From: a virus
Lineage: Duplodnaviria > Caudoviricetes
Strand: one strand, 5' to 3'
IMG/VR virus record: IMGVR_UViG_3300009124_000023
Coordinates: 1 to 51,643 of that record
Length of the DNA: 51,643 nt
Position numbers and translations under genes: made by a program. Shown piece after piece: positions 18,262-26,630 of the stretch; positions within the stretch are counted from its first letter, which is position 1, and every line of letters starts with the position of its first letter. The notes below the pieces were generated by a model. It did not search any database and was not told where the DNA came from. It saw only the letters and a program-made list of their open reading frames with translations.

Positions 18262-21200
18262 ATGGTTAATGAATCAGACATAATTAACAAATATTTATCT
18301 TTATATTATTCTGAAGAAGAAGAAAAAGAAGATAAATATAAAGAGCAGTTAGAGCAATTAGAAGATATTGGAGAGACTCCGATAGAGTATCCTGAAATTG
18401 AAGAACCTCCAGTTGAACAAGTTGTACAAGCCGAACAAATTCAAGAAGATATTATTCCTGATAGTGATACAAACATCGTTAATAAATATTTAGATTTATA
18501 TTACAAACAAGAAGAAACTCCTTTCCGTGCAGAAATTCTTCCTCAGCCAGAGGATTCTGAAGTTACAGTTGCCCAGAAAACTGAACTAGGTGTTCGTTTA
18601 GAAAAAACAACATTAGGTAATCTATGGAATCTGTTTAAAGCAGGAAGCCTAAGTTTATCTAATAACAAATCTTTAACCGATAATATCAAATTAATTGAAG
18701 AAGAAAGAATAAATAAAGTCTACCAAGACATGCAAGAAAAATATGGTATTGATTTTAGAGCTTCTGAAAATGATGCTGCAGTTTTTGCAGGTCGAGCATT
18801 AGTTGCTTTAGGAGACCCAGTTACTTTCTTTTTACCTTGGGCAAAATTTGCCAAACTTGGCTTATTAAAAAATGCAGCTATAGGTTCAGGAATAGCTTCT
18901 GCAGATATGGCTTTATATGACTATGCAACCAACGGAGAAGTTAATCCTAATAATGTTTTATTTGCCGCTGGTTTAGGTGGTGTATCTTCAGCAGCTGGTA
19001 CAGTAATAGCTAATAGAGTTTTTGGACCTAAAGATAAAAATATTAATTTAGGAAAGCTCGATGGTGATGAGAATGTTGTCGTGCAAAGTACGGCAAAAGA
19101 CAACCCAGTTGTAACTTTAAATTTAAAAGATTCTGAAGCTTTAGATGATGTAGCTGGTAAAGTAGCAACAGAATATCAAGCACTGTTCAAAGAAATGGAA
19201 AGTACTGTTCATTTGAACACAATGCTCACAAAAGCTCAAGCCGATATTAAAGCTTACAAAGATGCATTAAAAATAATTGATAAGGCAGCTGATAAAAGTG
19301 GACAGTTGGAATTACCTATTTTAAATAAAATTAAACCAGTATCTCCGCAGAAGTTATCAGCTTTAAAGAAAAAACGAGATGAAGCTATAAAATTTATTAA
19401 TGACGATTTACCTGAAGTTATGGGTAAATATGCTAGAGGACAAGTTGATTTATTAGATGCAACCTTTAAAAAATTACATGAAAGACCTCAGTATGAAATA
19501 AGCCAAAATGTATTAAGGGGTGTTCTTGATAATTTTACTAGACCTTTCTTAGGAGCTGGTGTTGGTTTTTCCATAGGAACTTTTTTAAACGATGATGATG
19601 AATATGGTCTTCCAATATCTTTTATGATGGCAGGTGCAGGATTAGGAGCAGCACAAAAATGGATGCAAAAAACACCTTATTTAACTAAGGGTATGAAAGA
19701 GGAAGGATTAAGTATATTAGAAAATAATCAAATGATTGCTTTGCACAACTTTTTAAAAGTTCAAAGTGCAGGTACTTTAGCAAGTAAGGGTATTGCTCAT
19801 GGTGGTCAAAATGAAACTTTAGCTAGAATGTTATTTCATATCCAAGATGGAAAACAAAGAAATATATTTTCTGCTGAACAAGCTACCGATGCTTTTAATT
19901 CATATTTTTCAAAAGAAATAAATAAAGTTGTTGGTAATTCATCTTTAAATCAACAACGTGCCGCATGGCGAATCGTTAGAGAATTAGATACAGAACAAGG
20001 TGTAATAAAAAAATTTAATCTAACTGATGATGATATGTTAAATGTTAGAACACTTGTTAAAAATACTAATGAATTTAAAAATATGTTTAACAATGGCTAC
20101 GTTAGAAAAGCAGGAGTATCTTTTGGTGAAATAGAGAATTATGGTTTACCTCAATTTTACAATGATAAAATATTCTCAGATGCCAGTGGATTTAAAAAAG
20201 CAATCAGAGCAGCTATAAAAGAAGAAGACTCAGATATAATTACAAAGTTTGGTAAAGATAAAGTTAAGTTAAAAAAATATCTTGATAAAAGAACAGATGA
20301 TATTTTCAATAACATGACTGGTAGAGGAGCAACCAAAGTATTTGATGAAAATGAAAAATTTACCGGAATACCTCTATTAAAGAACTTTGAGAAAAAAAGA
20401 TATTTTAAAAAATTATCAGCTGTTAAAAAATTAGAACCTTACCTTGAAGACAACTTACATAATGTTTTAATTCAATGGACAAGAAATACTACTAAAGGTG
20501 TTGAATTTGCTAGAAAATTTGGACAACGTGGTGAACTTTTAAAACAGTTAAAATATAATTTAAGAAGTGATTATAGGGCTGGTAAGTTATCTGAAGCCCA
20601 ATATAAATCTAAAAGAGAACTACTCGAAAATACTGTAAATGCTTACTTCGGTACTCATGGCGGTAGAGTATCTGATGGACATAAAACATTAATGTCTATA
20701 CTAACTTTCTTAAGTAACACAACTATGTTGCCTAGGGCAGCTATAGCTCAGATGGGTGACTTTATTCAACCATTACAGAACAGTAGCTCAGGAGCAGCAA
20801 TTAGAGGAATATTTTCAAAATTTAGGAAAGATAGAAACTTTGCAGACCAAGCAGGTATTGCTAATAAATCATCATCTACAATAGAAAAAGATATTGAAGC
20901 TTTATATACAGCAGGTGTTAATCCTAATACACAAATACAATTACTTCTTGGAAACTGGACAAGAAAGTTTTTTAAATTAAATTTAATGGCTCCTTTGACA
21001 GATAGAGGAGCTAGATTTGCTTACAATGTTGGTGTCGAAGATGCGTTTTTAATGGCAAAGAAAAATGCTAATAAAACTAAACTAGGTAAGGCAACTGTAG
21101 AAAAATTACAATTTATGAGCTTAGATAAAAATGAGCTTAAATATTTAAATAAATTTGATAAAGTTACAGATGCTTGGAATGATTCAACTGGTAGAAGTTT

Positions 21201-21978
21201 ATTAAGTAAAGCAGCTTTTAAAGTAATGAATAGAGATGTTTTAATACCTCAAGTAGGTAATAGGATGTTGTTTGCCCAAAGTCAAAATCCATACATTAGA
21301 AGTTTTGGACTATTTTTATCATGGGCACAGGCTAAAACATCACAGTTAAATGGTTTGATATCTAGAGTAGAATCAGGTGACGCTAAGTTAGCTTTAAAAA
21401 TGATGGGTGCTATAACTGTATTTGGTGGCTTGAGAGAGTTACAAATCATGGCAAGTCCTGCTCAAAAATATTATGCTGAAAATGAACCACCAAACTTTAG
21501 TGCAAAATGGTGGCAAGAAGCTGCTCAGTTATCAGGAAATGTAGATTGGAGAATTGAAAAATTTGCTAGGTTCTTTGGGGGACCTTCATTACGAAACCCT
21601 ATTGAAAATTTAAGTCCAGCTGTAGCTCAAGCAAGTAGAATTTTAGCAGCTCCATCAAAAATAAAAGCTAATATTGATGAAGGAGATTACGAGGGAGTTT
21701 TAGTTCAATTATTTAGACCAACACCAATAAATGAAATTACAGCTAGAGTATTAGAAGATGAGCCGAATAGAGAAGAAAAGAAAAAAGGTTTATCACAAAG
21801 AGCAGGTTTTAGTGTTGGTGGAGAAGTAAGAAAACAATACTTTGAAGGTCAAAAAGTTTCAAAAGATTATCCAGTTAGTGATGTCGAAGATATTCCAGCC
21901 GATAGAATCAATCCTTATACTGGCGAATCTTACTCAGGTAAAACAGAACTAGAGAAACAAATGGAAGAATTAATATAA
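18262..21978 (+). CDS. Large internal virion (ejection) protein
   Basis: 1238 aa; last and largest core gene before lysis; C-terminal RAGFSVGG and RINPYTG motifs. Confidence 0.7.
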   Translation: MVNESDIINKYLSLYYSEEEEKEDKYKEQLEQLEDIGETPIEYPEIEEPPVEQVVQAEQIQEDIIPDSDTNIVNKYLDLYYKQEETPFRAEILPQPEDSEVTVAQKTELGVRLEKTTLGNLWNLFKAGSLSLSNNKSLTDNIKLIEEERINKVYQDMQEKYGIDFRASENDAAVFAGRALVALGDPVTFFLPWAKFAKLGLLKNAAIGSGIASADMALYDYATNGEVNPNNVLFAAGLGGVSSAAGTVIANRVFGPKDKNINLGKLDGDENVVVQSTAKDNPVVTLNLKDSEALDDVAGKVATEYQALFKEMESTVHLNTMLTKAQADIKAYKDALKIIDKAADKSGQLELPILNKIKPVSPQKLSALKKKRDEAIKFINDDLPEVMGKYARGQVDLLDATFKKLHERPQYEISQNVLRGVLDNFTRPFLGAGVGFSIGTFLNDDDEYGLPISFMMAGAGLGAAQKWMQKTPYLTKGMKEEGLSILENNQMIALHNFLKVQSAGTLASKGIAHGGQNETLARMLFHIQDGKQRNIFSAEQATDAFNSYFSKEINKVVGNSSLNQQRAAWRIVRELDTEQGVIKKFNLTDDDMLNVRTLVKNTNEFKNMFNNGYVRKAGVSFGEIENYGLPQFYNDKIFSDASGFKKAIRAAIKEEDSDIITKFGKDKVKLKKYLDKRTDDIFNNMTGRGATKVFDENEKFTGIPLLKNFEKKRYFKKLSAVKKLEPYLEDNLHNVLIQWTRNTTKGVEFARKFGQRGELLKQLKYNLRSDYRAGKLSEAQYKSKRELLENTVNAYFGTHGGRVSDGHKTLMSILTFLSNTTMLPRAAIAQMGDFIQPLQNSSSGAAIRGIFSKFRKDRNFADQAGIANKSSSTIEKDIEALYTAGVNPNTQIQLLLGNWTRKFFKLNLMAPLTDRGARFAYNVGVEDAFLMAKKNANKTKLGKATVEKLQFMSLDKNELKYLNKFDKVTDAWNDSTGRSLLSKAAFKVMNRDVLIPQVGNRMLFAQSQNPYIRSFGLFLSWAQAKTSQLNGLISRVESGDAKLALKMMGAITVFGGLRELQIMASPAQKYYAENEPPNFSAKWWQEAAQLSGNVDWRIEKFARFFGGPSLRNPIENLSPAVAQASRILAAPSKIKANIDEGDYEGVLVQLFRPTPINEITARVLEDEPNREEKKKGLSQRAGFSVGGEVRKQYFEGQKVSKDYPVSDVEDIPADRINPYTGESYSGKTELEKQMEELI

Positions 21979-22433
21979 TGAATATAGAACTATGCAAACA
22001 AGAAATAAAAAGACACGAGGGCGAACTACTCGAAGTCTATGTCGATTCTTTGGGTTACAAAACCTTAGGAGTAGGGCATTTAATACAGCCACAAGACCCC
22101 GAACATGGTTGGGAAGTTGGTACTCCAATAACTCAAGAAGTATCTGACATATATTTTGAAGACGATTTCAATAAACATTTAGTAGAGGCGATACATGTGT
22201 TTGGTGAAGAAGAATCTTTTTATTTATTACCAGATGCTATTCAAAGAGTCTTGGTTAATATGTGCTTTAACTTAGGCGGTACAAGATTAAGCAAATTTCA
22301 AAACATGTTGAAAGCTTGTCGGTCACATGATTGGCAAGAAATGGCAAATCAAATGGAAGATAGTAAGTGGTTTAGACAAGTGGGACGAAGAAGTAAAGAG
22401 TTAAAAGAATTAGTATTAGGAGAAGTAAAATGA
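21978..22433 (+). CDS. Endolysin, T4-type lysozyme (GH24)
   Basis: HEG...Y.DSLGYKTLGVGHL catalytic E-D-T region; NMCFNLG; SKWFRQVGRR. Confidence 0.9.
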   Translation: MNIELCKQEIKRHEGELLEVYVDSLGYKTLGVGHLIQPQDPEHGWEVGTPITQEVSDIYFEDDFNKHLVEAIHVFGEEESFYLLPDAIQRVLVNMCFNLGGTRLSKFQNMLKACRSHDWQEMANQMEDSKWFRQVGRRSKELKELVLGEVK

Positions 22434-22903
22434 AAAACTTATTAAAGAATATCGTTGGTGCAGTTGCTCCTACTCTAGGTACTGCTTTAGGCGGTCCTAT
22501 GGGCGGTATGGCTGCGAATATGATTGCCGATGTGCTTGGGTGTCCAAATAACCCTAAAGCCATTGAGAAAGCCGTTGCTGAAGCCACACCAGAGCAGATG
22601 CTAGAACTTAAAAAAGCTGAACAAGCTTTTGAAGTACAGATGAAAGAGTTAGATGTTGATGTCTACAGATTAGAAGTAGCAGATACTCAAGATGCTAGAA
22701 AGAACTTTAGTAAAGACTGGACAGCCCGTATCATGGGTATAGCTACAGTCGGTGGTTTCTTAGGTTACATATTCTTAGTAACCCTACAGCCACCAGAACA
22801 GAACTCTGAAGCTCTTATTAACCTTGTTTTAGGTTACTTAGGAGGTTTGGCAAGTGCTGTAATATCTTTCTACTTTGGAGCTTCAAACTCAAGTAATAAG
22901 TAG
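22430..22903 (+). CDS. Holin-like membrane protein
   Basis: Two C-terminal TM helices ending SFYFGAS; coupled to the lysozyme. Confidence 0.65.
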   Translation: MKNLLKNIVGAVAPTLGTALGGPMGGMAANMIADVLGCPNNPKAIEKAVAEATPEQMLELKKAEQAFEVQMKELDVDVYRLEVADTQDARKNFSKDWTARIMGIATVGGFLGYIFLVTLQPPEQNSEALINLVLGYLGGLASAVISFYFGASNSSNK

Positions 22904-23253
22904 TGGAAGAGATAGTCACTATAATACAACAAGTAGGTTTTCCTATTGCTGCGGCATTAGGGCTAGGTTGGTTTATTTACAAACTAATCATGCGTATTGT
23001 CGATGGTATGGAAACCAAACTTGATGTTGTTGATGAGAAAGTAGCTGAACAAATAACAGCTATGGAACAGAGACTAGGGACAAAGTTAGATAGTCAATAC
23101 GGCATTATTGTTAGTCTGATTGACAGAGTGAGGGCTTTGGACAATCAAACGATTAGACAAGACGTTCTTTTGAAAACATTGCTGGGTGTGCCAAATTTAA
23201 TAGATTTAGAAAAAGTTGCAAAAGCAGATAGAGATGACCAAAGAAAAGATTAA
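22903..23253 (+). CDS. Membrane-anchored coiled-coil protein
   Basis: QQVGFPIAAALGLGWFIY TM helix then coiled coil; GTG start. Confidence 0.7.
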   Translation: MEEIVTIIQQVGFPIAAALGLGWFIYKLIMRIVDGMETKLDVVDEKVAEQITAMEQRLGTKLDSQYGIIVSLIDRVRALDNQTIRQDVLLKTLLGVPNLIDLEKVAKADRDDQRKD

Positions 23254-23266
23254 GGAGAAGTTAGAA

Positions 23267-23722
23267 ATGAAAATATTAGTAACAACATTTATCGTGTTGC
23301 TGTTAGGTGTTAATGGTAATTTAATTGCAGATGAAATAGTGCATAAATTTAAATCACCTTCCTTCAGTGGTATAGGTACTTCAGCTCATTATCTAACAAT
23401 AGAGAATCAAGAGTTCAATAGAAAGGAAGCCAACAAAGCAGAACTCAAAGCCTACAAAGAACAGCTTAAAAGAGAAGCTGAGAATACCACACTTGCAAGA
23501 TTTATTAGAAACTTAGAGTCTAGAATCTATGCACAATTATCAAGACAACTTGTTGATGCTTTATTTGGTGAGGACCCAAGTACAAGCGGAACATTAGAGC
23601 TATTAGGAAATACCATTGAATACAGTGTCAGTGAAGATGGCACCATGATAACTTTAACAATCACAGATGCAGAAGGGAATACTACAGAGATTACTGTTCC
23701 TATCGGTTCTTTTACTTTCTAG
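23267..23722 (+). CDS. csgF: Curli assembly protein CsgF-like
   Basis: Signal peptide, then EIVHKFKSPSFSG (cf. CsgF FQFRNPNFGG); RBS AAGGAG at 23252; adjacent to csgG. Confidence 0.8.
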   Translation: MKILVTTFIVLLLGVNGNLIADEIVHKFKSPSFSGIGTSAHYLTIENQEFNRKEANKAELKAYKEQLKREAENTTLARFIRNLESRIYAQLSRQLVDALFGEDPSTSGTLELLGNTIEYSVSEDGTMITLTITDAEGNTTEITVPIGSFTF

Positions 23723-24485
23723 TTGTACAAGCTGGAGGCATTCTGGTCTGTTAGATGAGGATATTCCCGGAGCTTATTCAAAGAGACAAGCAAGTACTGT
23801 TTTAGAATTACAATCTCAAGAATTATACAATCTACCAGCGGCTAAAGTTAAGCCGACTATTGCTATATATCCTAATAGTTTTACAGACTTAACAGGACAA
23901 CGTAAGAGTAATAGTACCTTTGCTTTGTTTAGCTCAGCAATAACACAGTCACCAGATGCATTTTTAATTAGAGCTTTTAAACATGCTGCAGGTGGTAAGT
24001 TTTTTACAGTTGTTGAACGTATAGGTTTAGATAACCTGACAAAAGAACGACAAATAATTAGAACAACTCGGCAGGACTTTGATGACGATACCGAACTCAA
24101 TCCTTTAATCTTTGCTGGGTTATTAGTTCAAGGTGGTGTTATAGGTTATGACACTAATTTGAAAAGTGGTGGACGAGGAGCCAGATACTTAGGTGTCGGT
24201 CAAAGCCGCCAGTATCGTGAAGATACAGTTACAGTTTCTTTGCGATTGGTTTCTGTTAATACAGGGGAAGTATTATTAGAAGTCCTGACATCTAAGACTA
24301 TTCTATCTGTTGGAGTATCTAGTGATGTCTTTAGATTCTATGAAGCTGGGACTAAGTTAGTGGAATTAGAATCTGGTGTAGCACAAAATGAAAGTGTTTC
24401 TATTGCCCTCCAAAAAGCGATAGAGACAAGTGTACTAGAAATAGTACGACAAGGAATAGAGAGGAGATATTGGAGATATGAATAG
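23667..24485 (+). CDS. csgG: Curli secretion channel CsgG lipoprotein
   Basis: Lipobox LLSSC; FTDLTGQRK, VERIGLDNLTKERQIIR, SGGRGARYLG, VTVSLRLVSVNTGEVL. Confidence 0.9.
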   Translation: MQKGILQRLLFLSVLLLSSCTSWRHSGLLDEDIPGAYSKRQASTVLELQSQELYNLPAAKVKPTIAIYPNSFTDLTGQRKSNSTFALFSSAITQSPDAFLIRAFKHAAGGKFFTVVERIGLDNLTKERQIIRTTRQDFDDDTELNPLIFAGLLVQGGVIGYDTNLKSGGRGARYLGVGQSRQYREDTVTVSLRLVSVNTGEVLLEVLTSKTILSVGVSSDVFRFYEAGTKLVELESGVAQNESVSIALQKAIETSVLEIVRQGIERRYWRYE

Positions 24486-25182
24486 ATTACTTTTTTTAAT
24501 TGCTTTAGTAGGCTTTGTTGTAAAAGCTGATAATGAAATATATATTAATCAAGTTGGTGCAACTCTTAACTTAGACGTTGAACAGCTTGGTAGCTCTAAC
24601 ATCATAGGCGGACTTGATGCAGTAACAGGGACGATGACTGCATTTAATTTAACTGGTGCTAATATGACGTTGGACATCAATCAACTTGGTGATACTAACA
24701 AATTCTTAGGTGACATAGTACTGGATTCTTTAACAGGTTTCTTTGAGTTTGATGGTGATAGCAACAACTTTGAAATACAAGTAGACCCAACCAATACTTA
24801 TAGTGCCGATGGTGGTAACTATTATGTTGATGTTACAGGGTCCAGCAATGACTTTGAATTAAACATTGCTACAAATGCTTTATCAGAATATCTAGACTTA
24901 GATTGGATTATTAATGGTGATAGTAACCAACTGGATTTTACTATTGATATTGATAGTGCCACATCTTATGTCGATATAGATGGTGACTCAAACATTGTTA
25001 ATTATACAGGTAGTGGTTATGCTGGTGGTTATTTTTACTTAGACCAAACAGGTAACAGCAGAACCTTTAATATTACACAAGCATCAACCTTAGCAAGTGA
25101 TTGGCTCAAGATTACTTCTTCTGGTAATAGTGGTACTGTGTGTGTCGTTCAAAACGATGGCGGCACAAGCACAAGCTGCTAG
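24478..25182 (+). CDS. Curlin-like secreted beta-solenoid protein
   Basis: Signal peptide; repeated (Q/D/T)-x-G-x-x-N units (QLGSSN, QLGDTN, DGDSN, TGSSN); C-terminal Cys pair; follows csgG. Confidence 0.7.
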   Translation: MNRLLFLIALVGFVVKADNEIYINQVGATLNLDVEQLGSSNIIGGLDAVTGTMTAFNLTGANMTLDINQLGDTNKFLGDIVLDSLTGFFEFDGDSNNFEIQVDPTNTYSADGGNYYVDVTGSSNDFELNIATNALSEYLDLDWIINGDSNQLDFTIDIDSATSYVDIDGDSNIVNYTGSGYAGGYFYLDQTGNSRTFNITQASTLASDWLKITSSGNSGTVCVVQNDGGTSTSC

Positions 25183-26209
25183 TATCGGAAGTATTACAGA
25201 ACTAAAAGGCATAGGCAGAGTAGTAAGGGAACAAGACCCTTTCTCTGCTGCCCTTGCTTTTGGTATTAATAGTTTTGACAACGTTGAAACTTCCAATGGT
25301 CGGATAGGTATAACCTTTCTAGATGAATCTCAAGTTCGTCTAACCGAACATTCACAACTCGTTATAGATGAATTTATCTATGACCCTGACCCATCTAAAT
25401 CTAAGATGGCTCTCAAGTTTGCTAGTGGTACAGCTCGTTTTATTACCGGTAAACTTGCCACTATAAACAAAGAAAATATCCAGATAGAAACTCCTAGTGC
25501 CACTATAGGTATTAGAGGTACTGACTTTACAGTGACTGTAGATGAGCTTGGTAGGTCCTTAATAATTTTACTACCAAAGGAAGATGGACTCTCTTCAGGC
25601 GAAATAGTTGTCTCAACTGCTGCGGGACAAGTAGTGCTTAATAAGCCCTATGAAGCTACCACAGTAGAGCTGTTTGAGTCAGCACCAAGTAGACCAGTCA
25701 TATTAGACTTAACTCTGGATATTATTGACAACATGTTGATAGTTAATCCACCGAAACGAGACCCTAACTTTATTAATGAAGGGGAACAAGCAGAAGGTTC
25801 AGATAATATCTTAGATGTTGATTACCTAGAGTTTGATGAACTAGAAACAGATTACTTAGCTCAAGACGAACTAGAGTTTAGTGAACTCGATATTAATTAT
25901 TTAGATGTCAACTTCTTAGAAGACTTACTAGATATTATTGAAGAAGCCGATGAGCTGGAAAAGAATCAGCTCTCAGGAGGCGATATAGACGTGAAGGGTA
26001 CATCCTTTGGTTACGATGGTACCACTCAAGTCAATACATTTATTACGGATTCAGTCATAACCTTTTACCGACAGGTACAAGATACAGTTAGGTTGGACTT
26101 AGATACCGGCAACAGTTATACAGTTTTAATTATACAAGATGGCAAAGCAGTTACTATTACTCTTAATGGCGGTGGTAACTCTTCCATTACTATCAAGCAA
26201 TCTCAGTGA
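25097..26209 (+). CDS. Secreted FecR-domain protein with acidic linker
   Basis: Signal peptide; ITFLDESQVRLTEHSQL and IETPSATIGIRGTDFTV FecR signatures. Confidence 0.85.
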   Translation: MIGSRLLLLVIVVLCVSFKTMAAQAQAASIGSITELKGIGRVVREQDPFSAALAFGINSFDNVETSNGRIGITFLDESQVRLTEHSQLVIDEFIYDPDPSKSKMALKFASGTARFITGKLATINKENIQIETPSATIGIRGTDFTVTVDELGRSLIILLPKEDGLSSGEIVVSTAAGQVVLNKPYEATTVELFESAPSRPVILDLTLDIIDNMLIVNPPKRDPNFINEGEQAEGSDNILDVDYLEFDELETDYLAQDELEFSELDINYLDVNFLEDLLDIIEEADELEKNQLSGGDIDVKGTSFGYDGTTQVNTFITDSVITFYRQVQDTVRLDLDTGNSYTVLIIQDGKAVTITLNGGGNSSITIKQSQ

Positions 26210-26630
26210 TAAGCCTGATATATATTGGAAGATTACAAAAGCACCTTACAGTAAAGAATTTTTAGCACAACAACAAAAAGAAGAATTAATCTTTGTAGAA
26301 GATACTTTGTATCTACCAGAAAGAAAAACAGTATCTAATTGGGAATGGGGTTTGTTTTGGACCTTACAAGCTTTAGATATTTATACCACTACTAAAGTTT
26401 TGCAATACGATTGTGTTTATGAAGCAAATATTTTATTACCAAGAAAACCAGATTTAAATGATTTAGTGAGACATAAAGCACTTATCTTTATACCAACTTT
26501 TATATTCTTACCAGTTTATAAATTAAATGAAGGTGGATTAACATTTAGTAATACCTTGACTGCTGCTGTAGTTGCTAATAATTTTGCTGTTAATAAAAGA
26601 GCTAAAGCCAAAGGCTGTCAGAAACTATGA
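26139..26630 (+). CDS. Hypothetical membrane protein
   Basis: Signal-like N-terminus, ALDIYTT...YEAN motif, hydrophobic segments; coupled to both neighbours. Confidence 0.65.
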   Translation: MAKQLLLLLMAVVTLPLLSSNLSDKPDIYWKITKAPYSKEFLAQQQKEELIFVEDTLYLPERKTVSNWEWGLFWTLQALDIYTTTKVLQYDCVYEANILLPRKPDLNDLVRHKALIFIPTFIFLPVYKLNEGGLTFSNTLTAAVVANNFAVNKRAKAKGCQKL

